Source: an uncultured Candidatus Cloacimonadota bacterium (GTDB lineage Bacteria; Cloacimonadota; Cloacimonadia; Cloacimonadales; TCS61). From it: DNA of 64,000 bases. Under the pieces are notes generated by a model. That model made no database searches and was not told where the DNA came from. It saw only the letters and a list, made by a program, of their open reading frames with translations. This document shows, in pieces, positions 8,440 through 16,894 of the stretch (position 1 is its first letter; each line of letters begins with the position of its first letter). The stretch covers positions 5,648 through 69,647 of the forward strand of contig CAYWJN010000001.1 of the NCBI GenBank assembly GCA_964457455.1, read 5' to 3'. The position numbers were made by a program, and so were the translations under genes.

Positions 8440-9444
8440 ATGAACTTATTAAAAGTAATTCCCCACTTAGGATTTATAAAGTTGTTGGCATTGTCCGGAT
8501 TTCCCATAAAATCGACTGATGGCATAAAAGGCATAAAAGAGAAGGTCGTGGAGGAGAGTTTTAATAGCATAGATGATAAATATTATGAATATTATATCAA
8601 TGAAATGATGGATGATAAAGCAACAGCAACCATGGTCAAGAAAAATAGGAAAATCCGGGAAGATAATTCCGTGGAAATAGATTCTCTTAAACACAAACCT
8701 ATTATATCTGATCCTAATATATTGGTAAAACACATAAGGGGTGGAGCAGATATAACCACAGCCATGCTAAGTCCATATAGTAGAGAGATAAAAGATGTGA
8801 ACGGATGTGCTAAAAGTGTTTATCATATCTTGAGGTGCAAAAAATTGCGACAATATATTGAAATAAGTATATTGCTGGAAAGATTTAGGGCAGATATTGT
8901 AAAAAATTGGAATCGACATACACAGGAGAATGATTTTAAATTGAGTGAAACAAATCTATACTTTTATCTTTTATATTTCTGGGATGTTGCGAGTGGTTCT
9001 CTTAGAAAAAGAGGGGCAGATATAATGGATATTTATGAATATTTGGTATATGATAAGCAGAATCCTTATTATAGTCCCCACATAGAATTAATGTTCAACC
9101 CTGTGGCGGATGCCCTTTCATATTTTGGGTTAATGAATGAATTTGATAGAATGCAAGACATTAGAGATCTGCGGGGTAAGTCTGGCAGATTGATAAAATC
9201 ACGGTTATCCAAAAAACACCAATCTATAGGTCGTGGTGTGACAGAAATTTTTTCTCATACCGATAGCCAGTTGCAAGAAGATGCATCTAAGGGAGATAGC
9301 GCAGAAAGTTTAAGAGCCGAAATAAGGAGAATGATAGAAAGACTTAAAATAATGCCTCAAGAGAGGAAAACCCTGTATCAATTAAAAGACGAGGTGGTTG
9401 ATACAGGCAATATAGAACAAGATAGCCCCGTCAAAAATAAATAA
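8440..9444 (+). CDS. hypothetical protein
   Basis: 334-aa ORF tightly packed after the previous gene. Confidence 0.65.
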   Translation: MNLLKVIPHLGFIKLLALSGFPIKSTDGIKGIKEKVVEESFNSIDDKYYEYYINEMMDDKATATMVKKNRKIREDNSVEIDSLKHKPIISDPNILVKHIRGGADITTAMLSPYSREIKDVNGCAKSVYHILRCKKLRQYIEISILLERFRADIVKNWNRHTQENDFKLSETNLYFYLLYFWDVASGSLRKRGADIMDIYEYLVYDKQNPYYSPHIELMFNPVADALSYFGLMNEFDRMQDIRDLRGKSGRLIKSRLSKKHQSIGRGVTEIFSHTDSQLQEDASKGDSAESLRAEIRRMIERLKIMPQERKTLYQLKDEVVDTGNIEQDSPVKNK

Positions 9445-9462
9445 TAAAAGGAGAAAGAGACC

Positions 9463-9699
9463 ATGCAGTACTCGAGAATTAGAGATACTGTCCACAGGAA
9501 TGAATTGGCTGTAGGTAACTTGGTTGACTTCACTGATCAAACAAGTATAGATGTCACTCATAATTGGGGATATTATCCAGACGTAACATTAATTGACGGA
9601 GACGGTTATGTCATTGATGGGGAAGTTCAGCATACATCGGTCAATGCTTTTACCGTAACCTTTGTTGAAGAAACTACCGGCAAAATATTCTACAAATAA
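9463..9699 (+). CDS. small beta-rich protein, unknown
   Basis: 78-aa ORF with an AAAGGAG SD. Confidence 0.6.
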   Translation: MQYSRIRDTVHRNELAVGNLVDFTDQTSIDVTHNWGYYPDVTLIDGDGYVIDGEVQHTSVNAFTVTFVEETTGKIFYK

Positions 9700-9713
9700 A
9701 AGGAGAAAAGAAC

Positions 9714-10349
9714 ATGAAGAAATTAGTAATTATTTTGCTTGCGATGTTGTTGGTGACATCGCTATTTGCGAAGGACTTTAAGTCTGCAACTAATCGATTC
9801 TACGGGAAGGTGCAGACGGACAGTACCATGATCACTACTAAAAATGTGGGTACAAAATCTGATAGTGTAGCCTCCGTAGTAGAATATGGCGACGCAAAAT
9901 TCCATGTAACTGAAATTGCAATATCATCTGCCCACTTTGCCGATATACCTGGCGGAGCCGATTTGGCTTTGGGACAGTTACTGTATACTTTCCCCACGGG
10001 GGCAATAGTTGTCAAGGGCGCATATATGAATATTGCTTTGAATGAAAGTGATGGGAATATTACTGCAGACACCCCAGATGTAGGTATTGGAACTACGGTA
10101 GCATCGGGTGTTGTAAATGTGTTGGGCGGAACAGCCGCGTTTGAAAATATTTTAACCGGCCAGACCGCTACAGATTGTGATAGCACTTATACTACGAAAA
10201 CATTGGCATTAGCAGACCCCCTGGAGATTGAGACAGGTGGTGATAAAACAGTATACTTGAATGTCGCTGATGGATGGGCAGCTAGTGGTGAAGATGCATT
10301 GGAATATGTTGGAACAGTTGTGATAGAATGGGTATTACTTAAAGAATAG
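9714..10349 (+). CDS. protein with signal-peptide-like N-terminus
   Basis: MKKLVIILLAMLLVTSLFA-KD resembles a type I signal peptide. AAAGGAG SD upstream and a hairpin directly downstream. Confidence 0.65.
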   Translation: MKKLVIILLAMLLVTSLFAKDFKSATNRFYGKVQTDSTMITTKNVGTKSDSVASVVEYGDAKFHVTEIAISSAHFADIPGGADLALGQLLYTFPTGAIVVKGAYMNIALNESDGNITADTPDVGIGTTVASGVVNVLGGTAAFENILTGQTATDCDSTYTTKTLALADPLEIETGGDKTVYLNVADGWAASGEDALEYVGTVVIEWVLLKE

Positions 10350-10359
10350 CAAAGAAACA

Positions 10360-10384
10360 GGAGGGTGACATAGTGTTGCCCTCC
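10360..10384 (+). terminator. terminator-like hairpin (no T tract)
   Basis: GGAGGGTGAC / GTTGCCCTCC forms a 10-bp stem with two G-U pairs and a 5-nt loop, 11 nt after the stop codon. Confidence 0.4.
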
Positions 10385-10604
10385 ATTCAATAAATAAAGG
10401 GAAAGGTTTTTAGGACTATACATAGAAGGTTGTCATCTTCTCCTGTAAAACTTCCATATGGATTAAAGGGAACAATCGAAAGTATTTTGAGATCTGACAA
10501 AAAAACTTTGAAATATAGGTTTATGCCAAAGGGTATAGATTTCATTAAGACTATAAAAAATAAAGTCCCTAAAAAGTAGAATAATAAATAGGGGGATCAA
10601 TAGG

Positions 10605-11672
10605 ATGAAATGCCCTTGTATCATAAAAACATCGGGAATTAGGAGAATAAGTATGCTTCCAACAATAATTAAGATATCTGCAATAGAGAAGTATTCGTCT
10701 CCCAAATGGATCAAGATGATAAGGTCAGGCAAATTAAGTGAGAAGGCATTAAAAATTCTTGCAAATGCTGGATATAAAGATAGGACAATAAAACATCTTG
10801 GAGTGGGAGGAACAAGAGTCTCTGACTTGGTATTTACTAGTAGGGTGGGTAAAGCTGTTAGAAAAATACCTAATATAGAGGGGGTGTCGAAATATTATAT
10901 TCATGAGCCATATAATAGCCAAGCAAAGGAACATTTTGTATGGAATAAAGTGCAAAAATATTTGTCAAAAAAGAAGATAAAGGTTCCTCGATTGATAAAA
11001 CAAGATGGCCCAATAGGATATTATGAGCATGTTAAAGGTAGGAGCGTTGCTAATAAAGCAAAAAAATTATTTAATAAACTAGACGAATATGGAAAGCAGG
11101 GTGATAGAGTTAGGAGAATTCGGGTAAAGAATGCTAAATTAAGGATGTTAAGGATTCTTAATAAATCACCTATAGATGCTAAAACCATGCGAAAAATAAA
11201 AAGAAAATATCCGAGAATATATGATATGACGAATAGAAATCTTGTTGATAGAACGCTAGTAGACTTTGATATTCTAGGACCCCAAACTTATACAATGGAT
11301 AGAGGACCATCCAAGCATTATCGTGATACTTATAAAGCGTTTGCTAATGGAATGCGTACGACTGAAAACTATAAGAAAACGTTTCCTGGATATTTCAGCA
11401 GAAACAAAAATAAAATAATACCCTCCGTTATATTAGGAGGGGCTTTGGTTGCCGCTGGAATTAGAGAAGCAAAAAATAAAGATAAAAATGGAGTGAATCA
11501 AATCAAAAAAAATGCTATGATAAAATTCTCCGGGATGTTATCAGATATTGCCAGTGCTCGCAAAGCAACTAATGCTAATCCGTCAGAAGCACAGATTAAG
11601 GCAGAAAACTATAAAAAAGTGCCCATAAAGGCGAGAAAATTTATTTCAGGAATTATCAGGAAGATAAGATAA
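10605..11672 (+). CDS. leader-tagged protein-kinase-like protein, paralog A
   Basis: Starts MKCPCIIKTS, then a second degenerate leader MLPTIIKISA. Kinase-like motifs are LGVGGTRVSDLV, GKAVRKIP, YDMTNRN and LVDFD. Ends at NPSEAQIKAENYKK, where paralog B continues. Confidence 0.6.
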   Translation: MKCPCIIKTSGIRRISMLPTIIKISAIEKYSSPKWIKMIRSGKLSEKALKILANAGYKDRTIKHLGVGGTRVSDLVFTSRVGKAVRKIPNIEGVSKYYIHEPYNSQAKEHFVWNKVQKYLSKKKIKVPRLIKQDGPIGYYEHVKGRSVANKAKKLFNKLDEYGKQGDRVRRIRVKNAKLRMLRILNKSPIDAKTMRKIKRKYPRIYDMTNRNLVDRTLVDFDILGPQTYTMDRGPSKHYRDTYKAFANGMRTTENYKKTFPGYFSRNKNKIIPSVILGGALVAAGIREAKNKDKNGVNQIKKNAMIKFSGMLSDIASARKATNANPSEAQIKAENYKKVPIKARKFISGIIRKIR

Positions 11673-11711
11673 CATATTAATGAACAAAAATTATTTAAAG
11701 TAGGCGAACAA

Positions 11712-11834
11712 ATGAAATGTCCTAAAATATTGAAAATTGCCGATGTTGAAGATAGAGGGTTATGGCATTGGCATCCAGATGGTGATCTAAACTGTTCAGG
11801 CACTGTTGTAATCGAATGGGTGTTTGTTAAATAG
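11712..11834 (+). CDS. 40-aa chimeric mini-ORF: leader plus a copy of the C-terminus of the 9714 gene
   Basis: Translation is MKCPKILKIADVEDRGLWHWHPDGDLNCSGTVVIEWVFVK. The tail GTVVIEWVFVK parallels GTVVIEWVLLKE at 10313-10349. Confidence 0.4.
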   Translation: MKCPKILKIADVEDRGLWHWHPDGDLNCSGTVVIEWVFVK

Positions 11835-11836
11835 AA

Positions 11837-11899
11837 TACTGAGGAACCCTTCCCCTTCAGTAGGTGGGCGGTGGTATCAATCTACCGCCTGTTGATTTA
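11837..11899 (+). terminator. two tandem hairpins, terminator-like
   Basis: First hairpin is TACTGAGG / CCTTCAGTA (11837-11862, one bulge). Second is GGCGGTGG / CTACCGCC (11867-11889), followed by TGTTGATTT. Confidence 0.5.
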
Positions 11900-11922
11900 A
11901 AGAGATTGAAAAAGGAGAAATA

Positions 11923-12807
11923 ATGGGAGCATTTAAGACAATAGCTGGAACTACTGCCACCTGCGGCACATTGGGTGGAATGCTCGGTGGGGCAAGTTTA
12001 TGGCAAGGACACCGAAACTACAATAAGTATGTGCGGGGTGGGAGAAAAAACAGATTATCTTTTGGGCAATACATAAAGACGAAATCCGGTAAGGATCTTA
12101 AAGATGCCGCAATAGGGACAGCTATTGGGGGAGCTCTTGTGGGGATGGCAATAGGACCATCGGTGTATCGGCATAAAAGAAGAATGAGAGGGCTTAATGA
12201 AGCAGCAGAAAACATAAGAAGAGGGCTTAATGGAGCAGCAGAAAACATAAGAGGAAGGATGAACCGGGCAATGTGGGAAGATTTAAATAAAAAATATTAT
12301 GAATACTTTAAAAACTTAGGTGGGTTCGCGGTAAAGAGCGGAAATTTAGATAAAGCAATTAAAACGCTAAACATTAATAAATCGTCAGTAAAGACTAAGG
12401 CTCAGGTAAAAAAGATTTTTAGAGCAGCAGCAATGAAAAGCCACCCTGATAAAGGTGGTTCGGAGGATATTATGAAAGAAGTGGTGGGAGCATGGACATC
12501 CATTAAAAACTCAGGGTGGTTCAGTAAACTTGCATATGAGAGAGCACCTTATATACCGAAAACAGCGGTGTCGGGACGACTCGTCACGAATGCGGCGGAT
12601 GTTTCAGGAAAAGCATTTAATGCACTTATTAGGGGTCCGCTCACGAGAAGATTTCGCATGATGAGGAGCCCGAAGACAAGGAAGTATGTATTTAAGTCTC
12701 CAAGAAAATTAGATGAGTTACGTATGAAATACCTAAGAAGGAAATACAGGTTCCAACTCTATAAAAGTAACCCCGAAGCATCTGAATATTTTAAAAAACG
12801 CCACTAA
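11923..12807 (+). CDS. J-domain (DnaJ-like) protein with glycine-rich N-terminus and basic C-terminus
   Basis: KKIFRAAAMKSHPDKGGSEDIMKEV, with HPD at 12442-12450. N-terminal segments are GTLGGMLGGASLW and AIGTAIGGALVGMAIG. Confidence 0.7.
   Translation: MGAFKTIAGTTATCGTLGGMLGGASLWQGHRNYNKYVRGGRKNRLSFGQYIKTKSGKDLKDAAIGTAIGGALVGMAIGPSVYRHKRRMRGLNEAAENIRRGLNGAAENIRGRMNRAMWEDLNKKYYEYFKNLGGFAVKSGNLDKAIKTLNINKSSVKTKAQVKKIFRAAAMKSHPDKGGSEDIMKEVVGAWTSIKNSGWFSKLAYERAPYIPKTAVSGRLVTNAADVSGKAFNALIRGPLTRRFRMMRSPKTRKYVFKSPRKLDELRMKYLRRKYRFQLYKSNPEASEYFKKRH
12187..12252 (+). repeat. 33-nt in-frame tandem duplication (2 copies, 1 mismatch)
   Basis: AGAGGGCTTAATGAAGCAGCAGAAAACATAAGA occurs twice, encoding RGLNEAAENIR and RGLNGAAENIR. 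Confidence 0.9.
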
Positions 12808-12819
12808 AAGAGGTATTAA

Positions 12820-14667
12820 ATGAATTGTCCTGTAATACTGAAGAGAGCTTCTCCAAGATGGGTTAAGATGGTGAGGTCTGGGAAATTAGGAAGAGAGTCG
12901 CTTAAAAGACTGGCGGAAGCTGGGTATAAAGACAGGACGATAAAGCCATTAGGTAGAGGAGCTTTCAGGATCGCCGACCTCGTATTCACAGAAGGTATTG
13001 GAAAAGCTGTTAGAAAAATACCTTTAATAGACAGAAAATCTGCAAGCGATATTATAGGAATATATAAAGCTCAGGCAATGGAGCATAAGGTATGGAATAA
13101 AGCGAGGAAGTTAATGCACAAAAAGGGTATTCCTGTAGCGAAAATGGTAAAGAGAAATAAAGGGATTGGATATTATGAATACATTAAGGGGAGAAAAATT
13201 TCTGATAAAGCGGCAATAATAAAAAAAAATATGGTCCCTAATGAGTATCCAAGAGAGGGGACAGTAGCAGAAAAAATTAGATGGCAAAAAAGAATAATTT
13301 CTATAAACAAGGCAAGAGAAAAAGTTCATAAAATAATTAATGCAAATATAATAAACAAGTCGGACTATAAGAATATTAAAAAAAGGTTTCCTCATCTTAG
13401 AGATACTACCGCTCAAAACACAATAGGAAACACTTTAATAGACTTTGATATTACTAACTATAAGGCATTCCCTACAAACTTGGACATGAAACGTAACATT
13501 AAAAAAGATTCATACAGAGCAATGAGGGAGGCGTTAAATGACAGAATGCCCAATAATATTAAAATAGCAACAATGACCGGAGATATAAATAGGGCTCGAA
13601 AAGATACCAACATTAACCCATCAGATGCCCAAATAAAAGCCGAGAACTACAAAAAAGGGTCATTCAAGTGGAATGGACTGACTATTAAATTGGAGAACCC
13701 AAAGGGATCAACGAGATCCGGAACTGACCCAGATGGTAAATCGTGGTCAATAAAGATGAAATATGATTATGGATACATCTCTAATGCACAGGATGGGAAA
13801 GATGGGGACAAAATTGATGTGTTCATAGGAAGTCATCCAGAAAGTCAGATAGTGTATGTAATTGATCAAGTAGACAAGAACGGTAAATTCGATGAACACA
13901 AGTGTATCCTCGGGGCACTCACTGAAGATGAGGCTAGAAAAACATATCTCGCTAATTATGAGAAGGGATGGAAATGTGGACCGATCACGGCGATGACCGT
14001 AGAGCAATTCAAGGAATGGACTATGAAGGGTAGAACCGGAAGTCCTCTAAATAAACAAAAACTTTTTAAAGTGGGAAAAACAATGAATTGCCCCAGCATT
14101 TTACAAAAAAAGTCTTCCCTAAGGTCTATACTTAAATTAAGACCTTTACTTCGAGAAATAAAGGCGCACAAGATTCCTATAGAGAGGCATTTCATCCCAC
14201 TTAAAAAGATCAATCCCACTCTTAAGAGAATGCTCAATATAGAATATGGGGGAGTCAACTCAGATATTGGGGTAAGAGATTATATTAGATTGCTGCGTGG
14301 CGGGCAATTTCTCAAAGGTAGAGGAAATGATTTATCTATATCTATTCCTAAAGTGAAAAATGTTGCTGTCAGGAAGATCGTCTCTATGCTTCCAAGAAAA
14401 AATGAGCCGGCAGCAGTGTTGTCTCACGAACTGGGGCATGCTGTGAAGAGCAAAAAAGGATTATTGGATATTCTTAAGAAACAAACATATAACCAGAAAT
14501 ATTGGAAGAAGCCTACTGCTATGAACGAGTATTTATCAGAAGCGGAAGCAAGTGCTTTTGGATTGAAGACATTAAATAAAATGAAAGATAAGATTCCATT
14601 AAATATGCCAAAGATAAAGAAAATACTATATAAAAAGTTAAAAATTTATGGGGAGGATTTGTTGTGA
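12820..14667 (+). CDS. leader-tagged multidomain protein: kinase-like + conserved phage/plasmid domain + internal leader + HExxH metallopeptidase-like module
   Basis: Starts MNCPVILKRA. Kinase-like motifs are LGRGAFRIADLV, GKAVRKIP, HLRDTTAQN and LIDFD. The middle domain reads AENYKKGSFKWNGLTIKLENPKGSTRSG...YGYI...DGDKIDVFIG. A second leader MNCPSILQKK lies at 14083. HELGH is at 14425-14439. Confidence 0.65.
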   Translation: MNCPVILKRASPRWVKMVRSGKLGRESLKRLAEAGYKDRTIKPLGRGAFRIADLVFTEGIGKAVRKIPLIDRKSASDIIGIYKAQAMEHKVWNKARKLMHKKGIPVAKMVKRNKGIGYYEYIKGRKISDKAAIIKKNMVPNEYPREGTVAEKIRWQKRIISINKAREKVHKIINANIINKSDYKNIKKRFPHLRDTTAQNTIGNTLIDFDITNYKAFPTNLDMKRNIKKDSYRAMREALNDRMPNNIKIATMTGDINRARKDTNINPSDAQIKAENYKKGSFKWNGLTIKLENPKGSTRSGTDPDGKSWSIKMKYDYGYISNAQDGKDGDKIDVFIGSHPESQIVYVIDQVDKNGKFDEHKCILGALTEDEARKTYLANYEKGWKCGPITAMTVEQFKEWTMKGRTGSPLNKQKLFKVGKTMNCPSILQKKSSLRSILKLRPLLREIKAHKIPIERHFIPLKKINPTLKRMLNIEYGGVNSDIGVRDYIRLLRGGQFLKGRGNDLSISIPKVKNVAVRKIVSMLPRKNEPAAVLSHELGHAVKSKKGLLDILKKQTYNQKYWKKPTAMNEYLSEAEASAFGLKTLNKMKDKIPLNMPKIKKILYKKLKIYGEDLL

Positions 14668-14957
14668 GATGTCCAGGGATAATTAAAGAAGCCTTAACTT
14701 CAACATTGTTAGGGAGAGCGTCTACCAAAGCAATGACTAAAGCAATATTCTCTCATAATTTTATTAACGACCTTTCTAAATATAGAAGATACTACCCTGT
14801 CAGATCAATAAAACTACAAGTCAAGGCAATCCCTTATCAGGTTAACTACATGAGACAGGCAAAGAAATTTGAAAAGGCTAGGCAGATAAAGATGGTTAAG
14901 AAATTAAAAAGAGATGCAAGCGATTTGATATCTATAATAAAGAGGAGAATGAAATGA
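14664..14957 (+). CDS. leader-tagged small basic protein
   Basis: GTG start overlaps the previous stop (GTGA), with GGGGAGGA SD upstream. Starts MRCPGIIKEA. Confidence 0.6.
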   Translation: MRCPGIIKEALTSTLLGRASTKAMTKAIFSHNFINDLSKYRRYYPVRSIKLQVKAIPYQVNYMRQAKKFEKARQIKMVKKLKRDASDLISIIKRRMK

Positions 14958-15205
14958 AATGTCCAGAGATAATTAAGGAAGCCTATGTACCGGGATTAAG
15001 GACGGGTATTGGTATGTTGGGTGGTGGTATAGGAGCATCTATGCTAAATAGCTCATCCCAAAATAAAAGGATTAAAAAAGGTAAACAAAAAAAATACAAT
15101 CCTTTGTCTACAATAGGTGCATTTATGGGAGGAAGTTTGTTAGGTGCAGGAGCTGGCGGTTATGCAGATTATAAGAGAATGGGGAAATGGATTAAACAAC
15201 CGTAA
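14954..15205 (+). CDS. leader-tagged glycine-zipper mini-protein
   Basis: Starts MKCPEIIKEA. Contains GIGMLGGGIGASML and IGAFMGGSLLGAGAGGY. Confidence 0.6.
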   Translation: MKCPEIIKEAYVPGLRTGIGMLGGGIGASMLNSSSQNKRIKKGKQKKYNPLSTIGAFMGGSLLGAGAGGYADYKRMGKWIKQP

Positions 15206-15219
15206 GTAAGAAATATTTA

Positions 15220-16839
15220 ATGAATAAAGCAATAACTCGGAGCGATTTATACCAAGCATGGTTTAAACTTGATGGAGATGCCCTCTCTTTCAAATATTTA
15301 CCCTTTTGGATACCTATAATTAATACTTCTCGATTTACCCTTGAATCTCCTCAAGTTCAACGCCGGGTGATTCTAAAATGTTCGCGTAAAGTAGCCAAAT
15401 CAACAAATGCCGCAATTCTTGCTACCGGATTCGCGATTGAACATAAATATTTTAATACTATTATAACCTTACCTACCGATGCCCAGGTGAGTCGGTTTTC
15501 AACAGACATTCTGAAGGGGATTAACCGGGATTCTGTGGTCACGGATGTTATTTATTACGACCCTCGTTTAAACGAAAGACAAGTAAAAAACAAATCCTAC
15601 TTGACCGGCTCAAGAATACTCTTAGCTAATATTTATGTGTCGCCACTATCTGCTCGGGGAATTATCGGTGATTGCTATATTGAGGACGAGATGCAAGATA
15701 CTCCTGAACAGCACGCTAGTATTGTTGAGTTTGCGCTGAAAAGGTCTAAATATAAATATATGCTTAAGACGGGAACGCCGATGCAACCGGAGAATAGAAT
15801 CCAAACGACATTCGATGATTCAACAGGATGTGAATGGGCGATTAAATGTAGGGCATGCGGCCATTGGAATGTCGGGCTTGGCATAAAGAATATGGGTCTT
15901 AAGGGTATTATCTGCGAAAAATGTCATAAGAGAATTAGCACATGGTGGGGAGAATGGGTAGAGGCGCATCCCGGAAGACCTTTCGAGGGATTTTCAATTA
16001 ACGAGTTGATGATCCCCCCCGAAGCACCCTTTGCTTCAGATTGGGATACAATTTTATACGATTATAATAAAAAAGATGAGGTTGATTTCCATAATGAAGT
16101 TCTAGGGTTATCATTTTCAGACAATATACATCCTATAACATTGCAGAGGGTAGTATATTTATGCGATAGCGATAGGGAATACGTAAAAGATCCTTCTGAA
16201 ATTACTAAAAAAATGAAGGAGTATTCTTTTGCGGCATTGGATTGGGCTGTAGAAGATGACCCGCGGAAAAAATTGTCGAAAATAAAGTCCTATACCATGC
16301 TCACGATAGGATCATACGATCCTGGGTCGCGCAAGATTAATATAAATTTCGTCAGAAGATATTATGGAAAGGGAGAAGATGGATCTCCAGATGATATAAT
16401 TAACGATGTTGTCTATTGGGTAAACCACTTTAATGTATTGATTCTCGGAATGGATTATGGTGCTGGGCACAAAGAAAATATCCGGATAATAGAAATACTT
16501 GGTTTTAAGAGGACGATGGAATTTGAATATGTAGGAGAGTTGGCTGAGAAGGTGGCATATTATCCAGAATTCGAGAAATGGGTAATGGCGAGATCAACGG
16601 TAATGACTGGATTAATAGACGATATTGTGAGAAAAGGTGAATACAAATTTGCAAAATATCCTGGGGAGACCTCAGAATATGCAAAAGACTTGACAAACGT
16701 CTATCGATATCACGATACTGGAAAAAGAAAAATCAGATATGGGAAGTCAGGCACAGATGACTTTTTCCAGAATTTGGTTATATTGAGATTAGTGAAGAAA
16801 TACCATTTTGACGAATTAGAATATAGAGTAAAAAAATAA
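15220..16839 (+). CDS. terL: terminase large subunit
   Basis: Deviant Walker A LKCSRKVAKST and Walker B CYIEDEMQD. The C-terminal half has acidic motifs (AALDWA, LGMDYGAG). A CxxC...CxxC insertion lies at 15847-15924. Position is upstream of the portal and head genes. Confidence 0.7.
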   Translation: MNKAITRSDLYQAWFKLDGDALSFKYLPFWIPIINTSRFTLESPQVQRRVILKCSRKVAKSTNAAILATGFAIEHKYFNTIITLPTDAQVSRFSTDILKGINRDSVVTDVIYYDPRLNERQVKNKSYLTGSRILLANIYVSPLSARGIIGDCYIEDEMQDTPEQHASIVEFALKRSKYKYMLKTGTPMQPENRIQTTFDDSTGCEWAIKCRACGHWNVGLGIKNMGLKGIICEKCHKRISTWWGEWVEAHPGRPFEGFSINELMIPPEAPFASDWDTILYDYNKKDEVDFHNEVLGLSFSDNIHPITLQRVVYLCDSDREYVKDPSEITKKMKEYSFAALDWAVEDDPRKKLSKIKSYTMLTIGSYDPGSRKININFVRRYYGKGEDGSPDDIINDVVYWVNHFNVLILGMDYGAGHKENIRIIEILGFKRTMEFEYVGELAEKVAYYPEFEKWVMARSTVMTGLIDDIVRKGEYKFAKYPGETSEYAKDLTNVYRYHDTGKRKIRYGKSGTDDFFQNLVILRLVKKYHFDELEYRVKK

Positions 16840-16894
16840 ATTGACAAAAAAACAATGGTCAATTAAAAGTAAAGATTAAATAATGGAGGAAAGA

